A DNA stretch of 64,000 nucleotides from Methanocella sp. (GCA_050261115.1 JBLNCY010000053.1:1-64000), one strand, 5' to 3'; shown: positions 47,594 to 57,951, numbered from the stretch's first letter. The notes: generated by a model from the letters alone, not told the origin. Numbers and translations are program-made.

Positions 47594-49141
47594 TTGAGAC
47601 TTAGAAGTGACCTTAAATGGGGTATCGCTTTATTCAACCACTTCCCTAAATCCATAAAGTTTTTAGACACCACCCTACGTGATGGCGAACAAACACCCGG
47701 TGTATCCTTAAACGTTGAAAACAAACTGCGTATAGCTCAGAAGCTAGACGAACTTGGCGTAGACGTTATCGAGGCTGGGTTTGCTGCAGTTTCTGAGGGC
47801 GAACTGGAGGCCGTAAGCGCGATTGCACACGCAGGCTTGCGGGCCGAAGTAGCCAGCGCTGGCCGAGGCACCCGCGGCGACATAGACGCGGTTCTCAAAA
47901 GTGGCGCCTCCACCATGAGCATGATCATACCCACCAGCGATTTACACATCGAGTGCAAACTACGAAAAACCCGCGACCAAGTCCTAAAAACAACCGAAGA
48001 CTGCATCACCTACGCCAAAGCCCACGGATTAATAGTGGATCTGCTAGCAGAAGACGCAACCAGATCAGACTTTAACTACCTAGTTAAAGTGTTTCAAACT
48101 GCAGTCGACTGCAAAGTCGATAGAGTAACAGCCTGCGACACCGTAGGCATACTCTCACCAGACCGCAGCTTCCAATTCTTCACCGACCTTGCAGAAAAAA
48201 TAAAGGTTCCAGTCGGCGTGCACTGCCACAACGACTTCGGAATGGCCGTCGCGAACACCATAGCCGCATTAGGTGCAGGCGCAACCGTAGCCCACGCCAC
48301 AGTCAACGGCCTAGGTGAACGTGCAGGTAACGCAGCGCTTGAGGAAATCGCTATCTCCCTTCGAAGCCTCTACAAGCTGGACTTAAACATAAAAACGGAA
48401 CTGCTCTATAGCACAAGCCAGCTAGTCAGCCGACTCACAGGCATACATACTCAACCCAACAAAGCAGTCGTCGGAGAGAACGCTTTCACCCACGAATCAG
48501 GCATCCACACCCAGGGCGTGCTCGCTAACCCCTTAACCTACGAACCCATCGCCCCCGAACTCGTCGGATGCAAACGTCGCATCGCACCTGGCAAACACAG
48601 CGGCACCAACGCCATCAGAAACGACCTCGCAAACATGGGGCTCTCACCAACAGAGGAGCAATTCAAAGAAATCTTTAAACGCATAAAAGAACTCGGCGAT
48701 AAAGGCAAAGCAGTCATGGATGCAGACGTGCTGGCTATCGCGGAAACCGTCATGGGTCTTAGCGGCGAGAAACCAATACAGCTCGAGGAGATCACCTACG
48801 TTGGAGGCAACAAAGTCACTGCTACCGCGTCCTCTAAGCTAAAACTGAATGGCAAAGACGTCTGGGGTAGCGCCATAGGCGTGGGCCCAGTTGATGCTGC
48901 GATCAATGCCGTTAAAGCCGCTATCGGCGAGAATGAGCAGATAACGCTTGAGCGCTATAACGTTAAAGCCATTACGGGCGGAACTGACGCTATGGTTGAA
49001 GTGGTTGTGCATCTTCGGAGGGGTGAGCGGACTGTGACGGCGATGGGCGTCAGAGAGGATATAGTTAAGGCCAGTATAGAAGCGGTCATAAGTGGCATGA
49101 ACGTGCTCAAGACGGATTATAACGGCAAAAAGCCACACTAG
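47594..49141 (+). CDS. 2-isopropylmalate / (R)-citramalate synthase (start uncertain)
   Basis: DTTLRDGEQTPG, HCHNDFG, NGLGERAGNA, HESGIH, C-terminal GPVDA allosteric domain; leuA vs cimA not resolvable by eye. Confidence 0.9.
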   Translation: MRLRSDLKWGIALFNHFPKSIKFLDTTLRDGEQTPGVSLNVENKLRIAQKLDELGVDVIEAGFAAVSEGELEAVSAIAHAGLRAEVASAGRGTRGDIDAVLKSGASTMSMIIPTSDLHIECKLRKTRDQVLKTTEDCITYAKAHGLIVDLLAEDATRSDFNYLVKVFQTAVDCKVDRVTACDTVGILSPDRSFQFFTDLAEKIKVPVGVHCHNDFGMAVANTIAALGAGATVAHATVNGLGERAGNAALEEIAISLRSLYKLDLNIKTELLYSTSQLVSRLTGIHTQPNKAVVGENAFTHESGIHTQGVLANPLTYEPIAPELVGCKRRIAPGKHSGTNAIRNDLANMGLSPTEEQFKEIFKRIKELGDKGKAVMDADVLAIAETVMGLSGEKPIQLEEITYVGGNKVTATASSKLKLNGKDVWGSAIGVGPVDAAINAVKAAIGENEQITLERYNVKAITGGTDAMVEVVVHLRRGERTVTAMGVREDIVKASIEAVISGMNVLKTDYNGKKPH

Positions 49142-49581
49142 CCCTTTATTTTTTTTAGGTGAGTTTTTGGGTAATCGTTAAATAGGCTTGTCGCCGAATA
49201 GTGACCGTTTGCCTGCCAAGGGAAGGTTTGTGCCTGAAAAACACAGACATACCCAAAAACCCTCCTAAGCACCTAATCCTAACAGCATGCATATTCGGCA
49301 CGATAGCATCGCCCTAAAATTCCGCACGTACTTCGATCACTGGGTTACTTCCCAACCTTCCCCAATGTACTAGACAGCGCATTTCTAATACTAAGCGTCA
49401 CCTACATAGCGGCATACATTATCCACAAAAACATAATACAAAGCAAAAACCCCACCCAATAATCCAAAACCGGCAAATAGCACCCATTAGCGGTCGAGAA
49501 CCTTTTCGCAAAGACGGCTTAAAAGTTTAAATGGTAGGATTTAGACTAAACAATCCGACGCCTCCATTTTGGGCGGTGTTT

Positions 49582-49688
49582 GCCGGGGTAGCCTAGCCTG
49601 GCTAGGGCGCCAGACTCATAATCTGGAGACAACAAGGGCCAACGCCTATTGCCAGAAGTCGCGGGCTCGAATCCCGCCCCCGGCACCA
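49582..49688 (+). tRNA. tRNA-Met(CAT), probably elongator, with 29-nt non-canonical intron at 45/46 (49629-49657)
   Basis: Acceptor GCCGGGG/CCCCGGC, anticodon arm CCAGA-CTCATAA-TCTGG, BHB-like CTGG-AG^A-CAA...TTG-CCAG-AA^G, CCA. Confidence 0.9.
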
Positions 49689-49701
49689 AAACAGTTCTAA
49701 T

Positions 49702-50715
49702 TTAACCGCATAGTTGTTTTAGTGTTTTCAACGCGTTTAGGGTTACCCATTTGCTAAGTTCGCCTCTACGTTCAATGTCTACTTGGTACTTGCCGTTGAA
49801 GCTGCTCTCAAGAAGCCACTTGCCTTCATCGGTCTGTTTAGAAACAACTAGTTCTATGGCTTGCTTCATTCGAGGGTCTTTGCAGCCAAGTTTTGCTAGG
49901 ATGCCCAGAATTTCTAGAGCATCTGTCTGGTACATTAGGGGGAAACCGAATTTTAGCCATCCCGGCTTTGACACCTTAGCAAGGTCATGGCTTTTCTTAT
50001 AGATATGATGCTTCAGGAAATACTCCACCCCGGAAGCTATGGCGGCTTTCACCTGTGGGTTCTGCTGCTCGATGGGTATCTCTGCAAGCGCTTTCAGGGC
50101 TTTAGCAGCGCCCATATGGCAGGTGTGTTTGCCAAAGCACGCTTCAAAATGGTCATAGAACTGCCCTTTAGGTGCTCCGTCGCCGTCGTCGAAGCGCTGG
50201 TAGCGGGCAATCCAGTTTATCCCCGCCTGAACCCTGGGGTCTTCTAGGTAGCCCAGTCGGATAAGACTGTAAACCATATTGCCAGTTAAGCACGGAATAA
50301 CACCGCTTTCCCTTCCCCCACCCATGCGCTTAGAGTGAGCCATAGAGAAGCCGCCGCTCTCGGAGTGCTGACTGTTTGCAAGGATGAAATCACAGGCGCT
50401 CTTAACCCTGTCATCTTGGGGGTCTGCGCCGAGCTCTGCTAAAGTCAGCAGTTGCCATACTGTGCCTTTGTATTTGGACGCGTAAAATGAGGCGGGGGTT
50501 TCCCAGTAGCCGCCCTGCCGCATTTTGGCAAGGCTGTGTGGCACGGCGCCTTGGTTCATGATGGCTTTTTTTGCTTCTGCAACTTCGGGGTCGGCTTCTG
50601 TTTTATCCAGCAGCTCTTTTAAAGTAAAATACCGCACTGACGGGTTATCTTTTTCCAGAAGCCACATTATTGCGTCCGCTTTAAGCATGGACGTCCAGTT
50701 GCCCATCATATTCAC
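49702..50715 (-). CDS. Prenyltransferase / squalene-cyclase-repeat (alpha/alpha barrel) protein
   Basis: WLLEKDNPSVRY; QW-like repeats QHSESGGF, YQRFDDG, KQTDEGKW; SKWVTLNAL. Confidence 0.7.
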   Translation of the reverse strand: MNMMGNWTSMLKADAIMWLLEKDNPSVRYFTLKELLDKTEADPEVAEAKKAIMNQGAVPHSLAKMRQGGYWETPASFYASKYKGTVWQLLTLAELGADPQDDRVKSACDFILANSQHSESGGFSMAHSKRMGGGRESGVIPCLTGNMVYSLIRLGYLEDPRVQAGINWIARYQRFDDGDGAPKGQFYDHFEACFGKHTCHMGAAKALKALAEIPIEQQNPQVKAAIASGVEYFLKHHIYKKSHDLAKVSKPGWLKFGFPLMYQTDALEILGILAKLGCKDPRMKQAIELVVSKQTDEGKWLLESSFNGKYQVDIERRGELSKWVTLNALKTLKQLCG

Positions 50716-50974
50716 TCTAAACGGTGTTTGGGCATGTTAGCTTAAATGGTTTTCCAGAGCAGGATTCTGGGTCGTCTGGGTCACTTTCATTAAAGATGAG
50801 GTATATTCTATGGGTTCTGGTTCACCTACCGTAACCTAAAAAGCGCGGCTGGTTGTGGTTTGTTGTACTTCTTGTTTGCTTGTGTGTTGGGGTCTGTTTT
50901 GCTGGTGGGTTTGTTTGGGGTGCTGTTGGTTGTTGTGTATAGAGGTTTGCAGCTTCAACTTATAGAAAAGATGG

Positions 50975-51607
50975 TTAGATGCCTAGACGTTTTACGTTGT
51001 TGCAGTAAAAGTTATCCAGAATCTTGTGACCTTCAGGATGCATTTCGCTCCCTATCGTGGTGCGTTCGGGGTGGAATTGGACGCCAAAGAAAAGCCTGCT
51101 CTTGTGTTTCACCGCTTCTACCTCGCAAGAAGCCGAATCGGCTAGCAGATTAAATCCTGCGGCTTCCAGCCCCTCCTTTTGAACATAGTCGTTGTGGTAT
51201 TCTGCTAGTGGGACGGTTTGGCCCATTCTAAACCTCGCAAGTATGTCGCCTGTTTGGATTATTCTGACTTGTTCGAATCGGTCGATGACTGACTGCTTTA
51301 GGGCGGCGGTTTTAGCTCCAAATGTTGAGCAGAGCAGTTGGTGTCCAAAGCAGATGCCAAGAAGAGGTACTTTGCAGGTTTGGATGAACTTTGCGACGTC
51401 GTCGTATTTGGCTTTGTCTTGGGGGTTGGTTATGCGTGATTCAGAACCGCTGACGACTACGGCGGCGATGTCTAGGGGCATCTGATAGTTAGCGTCAATG
51501 CTTGTGTATGGAATAACTCTGCAGACGGTAAATTTGCTTAGTGCGTCGCGGAGTTCGTTGATTTGATTTTGATCTTGGTAGCAGTTGATGAGTAGGGTTT
51601 TGGTCAC
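50975..51607 (-). CDS. Class I glutamine amidotransferase
   Basis: PLLGICFGHQ and GVQFHPE catalytic triad. Confidence 0.85.
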   Translation of the reverse strand: MTKTLLINCYQDQNQINELRDALSKFTVCRVIPYTSIDANYQMPLDIAAVVVSGSESRITNPQDKAKYDDVAKFIQTCKVPLLGICFGHQLLCSTFGAKTAALKQSVIDRFEQVRIIQTGDILARFRMGQTVPLAEYHNDYVQKEGLEAAGFNLLADSASCEVEAVKHKSRLFFGVQFHPERTTIGSEMHPEGHKILDNFYCNNVKRLGI

Positions 51608-51610
51608 GGT

Positions 51611-52483
51611 TTACTCCTCGGTTGATTGTAACATCCTATACATTGTCTCATAACTCTTACCGTAGTCCCCGTCAATTTTGGCGAGTTTCTCTCGAAGGCG
51701 ATCCATACGTGCCATGATGCCGGCGGTGTCCTTGCTCTTCATAAGGTCCACCCACTGTTGGGCATTAGCAATAAAGAGGTCTTCGATTTTTTCTAAACCC
51801 GGCACTTTAGTCTGGACGTTAGCGTAGAGGTCGGGGGTTTCCTGAGCGACCGATTCTGCAAGCGTAACAAGCATGCGATAAGTAGTGCCCGCAAGTGTCT
51901 TAGATTCTTTGAATGCTGGTTGCTCTATGAGGGTCTCGCAGGCAGCTAATCCCACAAAATGCGAAAAGCCAAGCACAATGGCCATTAACTCATCATGCTT
52001 TTCGGGTGTCATGATGAAGACATGGGCGCCTTCTTGTTCAAGCCACCGCTTAAACTCTTCAGCATAAGCAGCCTCCTGCGGGTTAGTTGGGGTCAGCACA
52101 TAAGCTTTGTGTGCAACGCCATTGCTGCCCGGCCCAAAAACTGGATGAGTCCCCAAAACCAAAGCATCCTTGAGGTACCTATGCATGACGTCCACGGGGA
52201 ACTGCTTAATTGAACAGATATCCATGATTGGCTGACACTTGTGGGTTGCGGGCGCAATCTTTTTGACGACTTCCTCTAAAGAGGAGATGGATACGCAGAT
52301 AATGACGCGATCAGCGCCCTTCACTGCGGTTGGGAAATCAGCTGTTTCGACGCCCAACTCGTTACCTAACTTTGCAAGTTGCTCTGCGTTCCTGGCTGCA
52401 AGAACGACGGTGTCACCTTTGGCTTTGCAGTATTTTGCAAACCAGACACCCATCTTTCCCGCGCCAAGAACCGCTGTTCTCAT
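51611..52483 (-). CDS. tyrA: Prephenate dehydrogenase
   Basis: GAGKMG, DICSIK, THPVFGP, HDELMA. Confidence 0.92.
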   Translation of the reverse strand: MRTAVLGAGKMGVWFAKYCKAKGDTVVLAARNAEQLAKLGNELGVETADFPTAVKGADRVIICVSISSLEEVVKKIAPATHKCQPIMDICSIKQFPVDVMHRYLKDALVLGTHPVFGPGSNGVAHKAYVLTPTNPQEAAYAEEFKRWLEQEGAHVFIMTPEKHDELMAIVLGFSHFVGLAACETLIEQPAFKESKTLAGTTYRMLVTLAESVAQETPDLYANVQTKVPGLEKIEDLFIANAQQWVDLMKSKDTAGIMARMDRLREKLAKIDGDYGKSYETMYRMLQSTEE

Positions 52484-53568
52484 TGAGCAGCCTCACAGAT
52501 TTTGTCCAAAGCGACCTCTATTTGGTCGTCTGGCGCGGTTAGGCTGATACGGAAGTGCTCAGGGTAGTCGCCGAAGCTTGAGCCTGGAGCAACCGCTACA
52601 CCTTTGTCCAGAAGGTCGAGGGTGAATTTGGTGCCGTCTAGGCCGTCTCGTTTGGGAAAGACATAGAAAGGTGCGTCGGGTGTGGTGAATTTGAATCCTG
52701 CGGCGCTTAGCTTGCTGGTTGCGAGGTCGGCGCGTGCTTTGTATTTGGCTTTTATGTTGGATGCGATTTGGGCGTGGAGTTCTAGGCCTTTTAGGGCTGC
52801 GTCTTGGATGAATACGGGTACGTTGTTGAAGGTGATTTGGTTGAGTTTGACTACTTGGTCGATGTAGGCTTTGTTGGCGACTATGTATCCGACTCGCCAG
52901 CCGGTCATGGTGAAGGTTTTGCTAAAGCCGTTGCTTAGGATGTGTTTGCTGTCTGCGCCGTAGTCTAGGATGCTTTTGGTTTTGTTAAATGCGATCGCGC
53001 CGTAGACTTCGTCGGAGAGTACAGTTATGCCCTTTCTGTTAGCTACCTCGACAACTGCATCTAGGGTTTTGGAGTCCATGGCTTTGCTGGTTGGGTTGTT
53101 GGGGTTGTTTAGTATGATCATTTTTGTTTCGCTATCAATGAGTTCCTCGAGTTTAGCGGGGTCGATTTTCCAGCCTGTCTCCATCTCCGTGGGGAGCAGT
53201 TTGGTTTTGGCGCCGAGGCTCTTAGCGATCAAGTCGTAGGCTGTCCAGTAGGGGGTGGGGATAATGACGTTGCCGCCGTTCTTGAGCATCAAGAACATGG
53301 TGACAAAAATCGCCCACTTGGAGCCAGGAGTGATTATGACGTTTTCTGCTTTGACACCGTGTGACTCAGCGATTTTCTGACGCAGCTTAGCTTCGCCGTA
53401 GCTGGATGAATACTTGGTTTTGCCTGCCTTCATGGAAGCATAGGCTGCTTCGACGATTTCAGGGGGGGTAGCCATGTCTGGGTCGCCGAGGTTTAGTCGG
53501 ATGATCTTTTTTCCTTCGCTTTCTAGTCTGAGTGCTTTCTCGTTTATCTCATAGAGCATAGTTTCCAC
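52480..53568 (-). CDS. PLP-dependent aminotransferase class I/II (aromatic / aspartate)
   Basis: NNPNNPT, SDEVY, SKTFTMTGWRVG. Confidence 0.92.
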   Translation of the reverse strand: METMLYEINEKALRLESEGKKIIRLNLGDPDMATPPEIVEAAYASMKAGKTKYSSSYGEAKLRQKIAESHGVKAENVIITPGSKWAIFVTMFLMLKNGGNVIIPTPYWTAYDLIAKSLGAKTKLLPTEMETGWKIDPAKLEELIDSETKMIILNNPNNPTSKAMDSKTLDAVVEVANRKGITVLSDEVYGAIAFNKTKSILDYGADSKHILSNGFSKTFTMTGWRVGYIVANKAYIDQVVKLNQITFNNVPVFIQDAALKGLELHAQIASNIKAKYKARADLATSKLSAAGFKFTTPDAPFYVFPKRDGLDGTKFTLDLLDKGVAVAPGSSFGDYPEHFRISLTAPDDQIEVALDKICEAAQ

Positions 53569-53584
53569 TCTCCGTTAAGAGTCC

Positions 53585-53845
53585 CTACTCTTGAACGGCA
53601 CTGCACATATTAACTATTTCGCGGTAGAGACGCTCAATCTTGTCAGGATCAAGTTTAAGGAGAAGCGCACGTTCCCTGGCGCGTTTGAAGACTTGGACCT
53701 CTCGGTTTAGGTCCTGTACGGGTTTGCCCTGCTGCTTTTTGAGTTCACCGATGGCTCGGCAAATCTTAACACGGTGAGCTATGCTTCGCAGGATCTGGTC
53801 ATCGGTTGCATCAATTTTTTCTCGTAATTCAGCTAATTCATCCAT
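53585..53845 (-). CDS. Chorismate mutase (AroQ type)
   Basis: LRxKIDxxD...R...IGELK...DxxRE. Confidence 0.9.
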   Translation of the reverse strand: MDELAELREKIDATDDQILRSIAHRVKICRAIGELKKQQGKPVQDLNREVQVFKRARERALLLKLDPDKIERLYREIVNMCSAVQE

Positions 53846-53847
53846 AT

Positions 53848-54954
53848 CTAGTGCTCCTTGAGAACTCGGGGTATCTCTCCTGCTCGGAGGAGGTGATCTA
53901 GGAGGGTTACTGCAACTGCAGCTTCGACCGCTGGCACCGCCTTTGGCACCACACAGGGGTCATGACGCCCCTTCACAGATATCGACGCATTCTCCATCTT
54001 GGTCATGTCAACGGTTTGCTGCTCCTTAGCGATGGAGGGGGTGGGTTTGATGGCGACACGGATTATGATTGGCATACCTGAAGAGAGGCCGCCTAAGATG
54101 CCGCCCGCATTCTCCGTCGCGGTAACAACCTTGCCGCCCTTCATGAGGAACGCATCGTTGTTTTCTGAGCCGCGAAGCTCTGCAGCTTGGAAACCTAAGC
54201 CGAATTCTACGCCTTTGACGGCGGGAACCGCAAAAAGCGCTTTGGCCAAGTCTCCGTCGAGTGTGTCAAATAGAGGTTGGCCCACGCCTATGGGCATGTT
54301 GAGTGCTTGGCATTCGATGACTCCACCAAGGCTGTCGCCTGCTTCTTTTGCTGAGATGATAGCTTGCTCCATCCTCTCTGCGCAGGCAAGATCGGGGCAG
54401 CGAGTGGCTGCTTGGTAGCGGACTTTTTTGATTTCCTGGGCTGAGAGTTTTTTGGTGCTTTTGATGGGGCCGATGGATTTTGTGTAGGCTATTACATCGA
54501 TGTTATAGCGGTTGAGTACCTTTTTGGCGATGACTCCTGCCATGATTAGGGCTACGGTGACTCTGCCGCTGAAGCGTCCGCCGCCCCGGTAATCGTTAAA
54601 GCCTCCGAATTTTATTCGTGCAGGGTAGTCCGAGTGGGCGGGTCGGGGCAAGTCTTTTATGGCTTCGTAGTCGCTTGATTTTGTCTCCTTGTTTTCAACC
54701 ATCACTGCGATGGGTGCGCCTGTGGTGAAGCCGTTAAAGATGCCGCTTAAGAGTTTGGCTTTGTCTTTCTCGATTCGCGGCGAGACGATTCGAGGGTCGG
54801 GGGGGATTCTTCGGTCAAGTTCCTCCTGAAAATCAACCTCCGAAAGTGGCAAGCCCGCTGGGCAACCATCAACGACGACTCCAATCGCGTATCCGTGACT
54901 CTCCCCGAACGTTGTAACTGTGAATTCTTTACCTATCGAGTTTCCCGCCAACAA
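53848..54954 (-). CDS. aroC: Chorismate synthase
   Basis: FGESHG, RPAHSD, GGGRFSGR, KPTPSI, GRHDPC. Confidence 0.96.
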   Translation of the reverse strand: MLAGNSIGKEFTVTTFGESHGYAIGVVVDGCPAGLPLSEVDFQEELDRRIPPDPRIVSPRIEKDKAKLLSGIFNGFTTGAPIAVMVENKETKSSDYEAIKDLPRPAHSDYPARIKFGGFNDYRGGGRFSGRVTVALIMAGVIAKKVLNRYNIDVIAYTKSIGPIKSTKKLSAQEIKKVRYQAATRCPDLACAERMEQAIISAKEAGDSLGGVIECQALNMPIGVGQPLFDTLDGDLAKALFAVPAVKGVEFGLGFQAAELRGSENNDAFLMKGGKVVTATENAGGILGGLSSGMPIIIRVAIKPTPSIAKEQQTVDMTKMENASISVKGRHDPCVVPKAVPAVEAAVAVTLLDHLLRAGEIPRVLKEH

Positions 54955-56218
54955 TGTCAGCTCCTAATTGTTTTATGTGAAGGTAGAACTGCGGATAAGA
55001 CTTTCTGACGCATTCTGCATGTTGAATCGTGGTTTTGCCCTCTGCTCCTAGCGCGGCTACGGCTGCTGCCATGGCGATTCGGTGGTCGTTGTGGGGGTCG
55101 ATGTCTGCGCCCCGGAGGGGTGCGCCTTGGATGGTCATGGAGTCTTCGGTTATGGTGATTTTCGCTCCCATCTTCCCGAGTTCCTCAGAGACTGTGAGAA
55201 GACGGTCGGATTCTTTTAGGCGTAGGCGTCTTGCGCCTGTGATTTTTGAGGTGCCCTCAGCGTAGCATGCGAGAACCGCAATTACGGGCACCAAGTCAGG
55301 GATATTTTTTACATCAACATTGATGGGTTTTAGTGGTGTGCCGGTGCCTGTGATTTCGATGCTGTGGGGGCACACTTTACTTTCAACACCCATCTCTTTT
55401 AGGATCATCAGGATGGCCCTGTCGCCCTGCACTGCTTGATAGTCGAGGTTGTTTATGGTGACTTTTGAGTTTGTGATGGCTGCGGCTGCAAGAAGAAACG
55501 CTGCCGAAGAAAAATCGCCAGGTACGTTGTCATCTGCCGCCTTGTATGTTTGGTTACCCGCAATAAAGATGGCATCATCTTCGAAGGCTACTTCTACTGC
55601 GTGTTTGGATAGAACTGCCTGTGTCATCTTTACATAGTCCACTGATTCAAGCGGGGAAGTGAGTAATATCTGGGTGTCTGCCTCTGCCAATGGGCAAGCA
55701 AACATCAAGCCTGAGATGAATTGGGAGCTTACGTCGCCGCGGATGCTGCATTTACCGCCAACTATCCCGCCGCCCTCCACGTAGACCGCGTCTAAATCGC
55801 CTTCACATCCAACGTGGCCGTTGGCGCCGAGTTCTTTGAGGCTTGCAAGCAACGGTTCTACCGGGCGCCGCTCAAGAGAACCCCTAAACAGCAACGTTGA
55901 AGGCCCATCCGCAAGTGCCGCGACAGGTATCATGAAGCGCAGGGTTGCACCAGATTCGCCGCAGTCGATGGGTTGTTTGGCAGCTTTGGGCTTAGTGCCT
56001 TTGATTATCCAGCAGGCGTCTTCTGCTTGGAATTCTGCACCTAAAGCGGTGACTGCCCGTAACGCCGCCTCGGTATCTTCAGAGTAAAGCGGATTGTAGA
56101 TGTGTGAGGTGCCCTCAGATAACCCGGCAGCTATAACCATACGCTGCGTATAGGACTTTGAAGCAGGAGCAACAACCAGACCAGAGAGTTCTCTGGCCTT
56201 TTTGACCACCATGTCCAT
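54929..56218 (-). CDS. aroA: 3-phosphoshikimate 1-carboxyvinyltransferase (EPSP synthase)
   Basis: SKSYTQR, GESGATLR, SSQFISG, KESDR, DHRIAM, KSYP. Confidence 0.96.
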   Translation of the reverse strand: MDMVVKKARELSGLVVAPASKSYTQRMVIAAGLSEGTSHIYNPLYSEDTEAALRAVTALGAEFQAEDACWIIKGTKPKAAKQPIDCGESGATLRFMIPVAALADGPSTLLFRGSLERRPVEPLLASLKELGANGHVGCEGDLDAVYVEGGGIVGGKCSIRGDVSSQFISGLMFACPLAEADTQILLTSPLESVDYVKMTQAVLSKHAVEVAFEDDAIFIAGNQTYKAADDNVPGDFSSAAFLLAAAAITNSKVTINNLDYQAVQGDRAILMILKEMGVESKVCPHSIEITGTGTPLKPINVDVKNIPDLVPVIAVLACYAEGTSKITGARRLRLKESDRLLTVSEELGKMGAKITITEDSMTIQGAPLRGADIDPHNDHRIAMAAAVAALGAEGKTTIQHAECVRKSYPQFYLHIKQLGADIVGGKLDR

Positions 56219-56221
56219 TGT

Positions 56222-57091
56222 TTAGATCACCTTGGCTTTTTCGCTGTTGAATTGGGTTATCAATACTTCGCCTTCATACTGTTGCAGGGCAACTTTGACT
56301 TTATCAACATTATCTTTGGTGGTTATGGCGGTGACGGTGGGTCCTTTACCGCAAAGCCCTGCAGCAACTGCGCCTGCGGCTAGGGCGTCTATGGCGATTG
56401 TTGGGTTCTGGTTTGATGCGGCAGAATAGACCAACCCGTTTAGGGTCAGGGCTTCCCAGATTTTGCCCTCTATGGCCTTCTCAAACGCCGACTCAACCAG
56501 AGGCTTGATTGTCTGGAGCCGTTTTACATCGCTGTTTATGGTGTAGGCCTTCTGAGGCGGCACATGGAAAAGCACCACCAAATCTTTCGGCAATGGGAAC
56601 TGCTTGAGGATTCGGAGATTCAAGTTATCTGTAACAACTGCGCCGCCAAAGTAGGATGCACAGGCATCATCAAAAGCGCCGGTTATGGTACATTTGGCGT
56701 CAAAAGCTGCCTGTACGCCGAGTTTAACGATTTCTAAATCCGTAAGTTGCTTGCCAAGCGACGCTACGGTCGCAAGAGCGGTTGCATTAGCGGCTACACT
56801 GCTGCTCTTTAGGCCTCGGGCGGCGGGAATGTTCGAAGTTGTGGTAACTTTTGCGCCAACCTCTTTTTCTAAGCCAAACTTTTCTAGTACGCGAAAGACT
56901 GTGCGCTCAACTAGTAGCGGGCTCTCATTGGGATCAGAGGTGATTTTTACGTCAAATACGCCTGCTTCGCCTGTAAGGGTGACTTCTGCTTTTGTCCATA
57001 AATCTACGCCGAATGCTGCCCCATTGCCAAGCGCGATTGCATTCACTATTGTTGCCGCGCCGTGTGCAACTGCCGCTGCTTTTCCCGTCAT
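56222..57091 (-). CDS. aroK: Archaeal GHMP-type shikimate kinase
   Basis: GAATIVNAIA, PAARGLKSSS, TGAFDDA. Confidence 0.93.
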   Translation of the reverse strand: MTGKAAAVAHGAATIVNAIALGNGAAFGVDLWTKAEVTLTGEAGVFDVKITSDPNESPLLVERTVFRVLEKFGLEKEVGAKVTTTSNIPAARGLKSSSVAANATALATVASLGKQLTDLEIVKLGVQAAFDAKCTITGAFDDACASYFGGAVVTDNLNLRILKQFPLPKDLVVLFHVPPQKAYTINSDVKRLQTIKPLVESAFEKAIEGKIWEALTLNGLVYSAASNQNPTIAIDALAAGAVAAGLCGKGPTVTAITTKDNVDKVKVALQQYEGEVLITQFNSEKAKVI

Positions 57092-57951
57092 TGTTTTGCC
57101 TTCTGTAAGTGAGTTAGCGCTGCCTGCCTCATAACTTCGACGGGTGCTGATTTTCCTGTCCAGATCTCAAAGGAGGCTGCACCCTGATAAATCAACATCT
57201 CCACGCCGCTAACGACTTTGGCTCCGACTGCCTTCGCATCTTTTACAAGTTTGGTTTCTAGCGGGTTGTAGATTATGTCCATTACTGAGAGGTTTTTACG
57301 CAGTAACTCGATAGGCACAGGAGTCTCGTCAAAGCGGGGTTTCATTCCGACTGAGGTGGCGTTGATTAGGATATCTGAGTCCTGCAGGTTTACGTCTATG
57401 TCTTCTATTGAGAGCGAACCTGAGACGATTCGTTTGTTTGCGGCTTTCTCTACCAGCCTTGCCAGCGCCTGCGCATCTTTCACAGTGCGGTTTAAAACTG
57501 CGAGTTCGTCGGCTTCTTTTGCGATTGCGTAAGCTATGGCTCTTGCTGCACCGCCTGCGCCAAGCAACAGCACCTTGCGGCCTTTGAGTGGAACTCCGTT
57601 TTCTTTGAGGGCTTTAACTGCGCCGACGCCGTCAGTGTTAAAGCCAAACAGCAAGTTATCCCTGTTTAGGATAGTGTTAACGGAGTCGATTAGCTGGGCC
57701 GATAGGTCGATGCGATCCAGGCTCTTCATGACGGTTTTCTTGTGGGGCATGGTTACGTTTAAGCCACGGATGTTGAGCGCCCGCATGCCGTTAACTGCGT
57801 CCGCTACACGGGATGATTTAACCCGAAACGCTAAATACACATAGTCAAGACCCAACGCTTGAAAAGCGGCGTTATGCATGATAGGGCTTAGCGAGTGCTC
57901 TATGGGGTCACCTATAACAGCACAAACACGAGTTTTGCCCGAAATCGCCAT
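57088..57951 (-). CDS. aroE: Shikimate dehydrogenase
   Basis: HSLSPIMHN, NVTMPHK, NTDG, GAGGAARA. Confidence 0.96.
   Translation of the reverse strand: MAISGKTRVCAVIGDPIEHSLSPIMHNAAFQALGLDYVYLAFRVKSSRVADAVNGMRALNIRGLNVTMPHKKTVMKSLDRIDLSAQLIDSVNTILNRDNLLFGFNTDGVGAVKALKENGVPLKGRKVLLLGAGGAARAIAYAIAKEADELAVLNRTVKDAQALARLVEKAANKRIVSGSLSIEDIDVNLQDSDILINATSVGMKPRFDETPVPIELLRKNLSVMDIIYNPLETKLVKDAKAVGAKVVSGVEMLIYQGAASFEIWTGKSAPVEVMRQAALTHLQKAKQ

Noticed and set aside
49230-49462. Small membrane gene between leuA/cimA and tRNA-Met
   Set aside because: Hydrophobic fragments need at least two frameshifts and lack a clear start.
49702-50715. Squalene-hopene cyclase or NifH
   Set aside because: Single barrel without DxDD, and no P-loop or NifH cysteine motifs.
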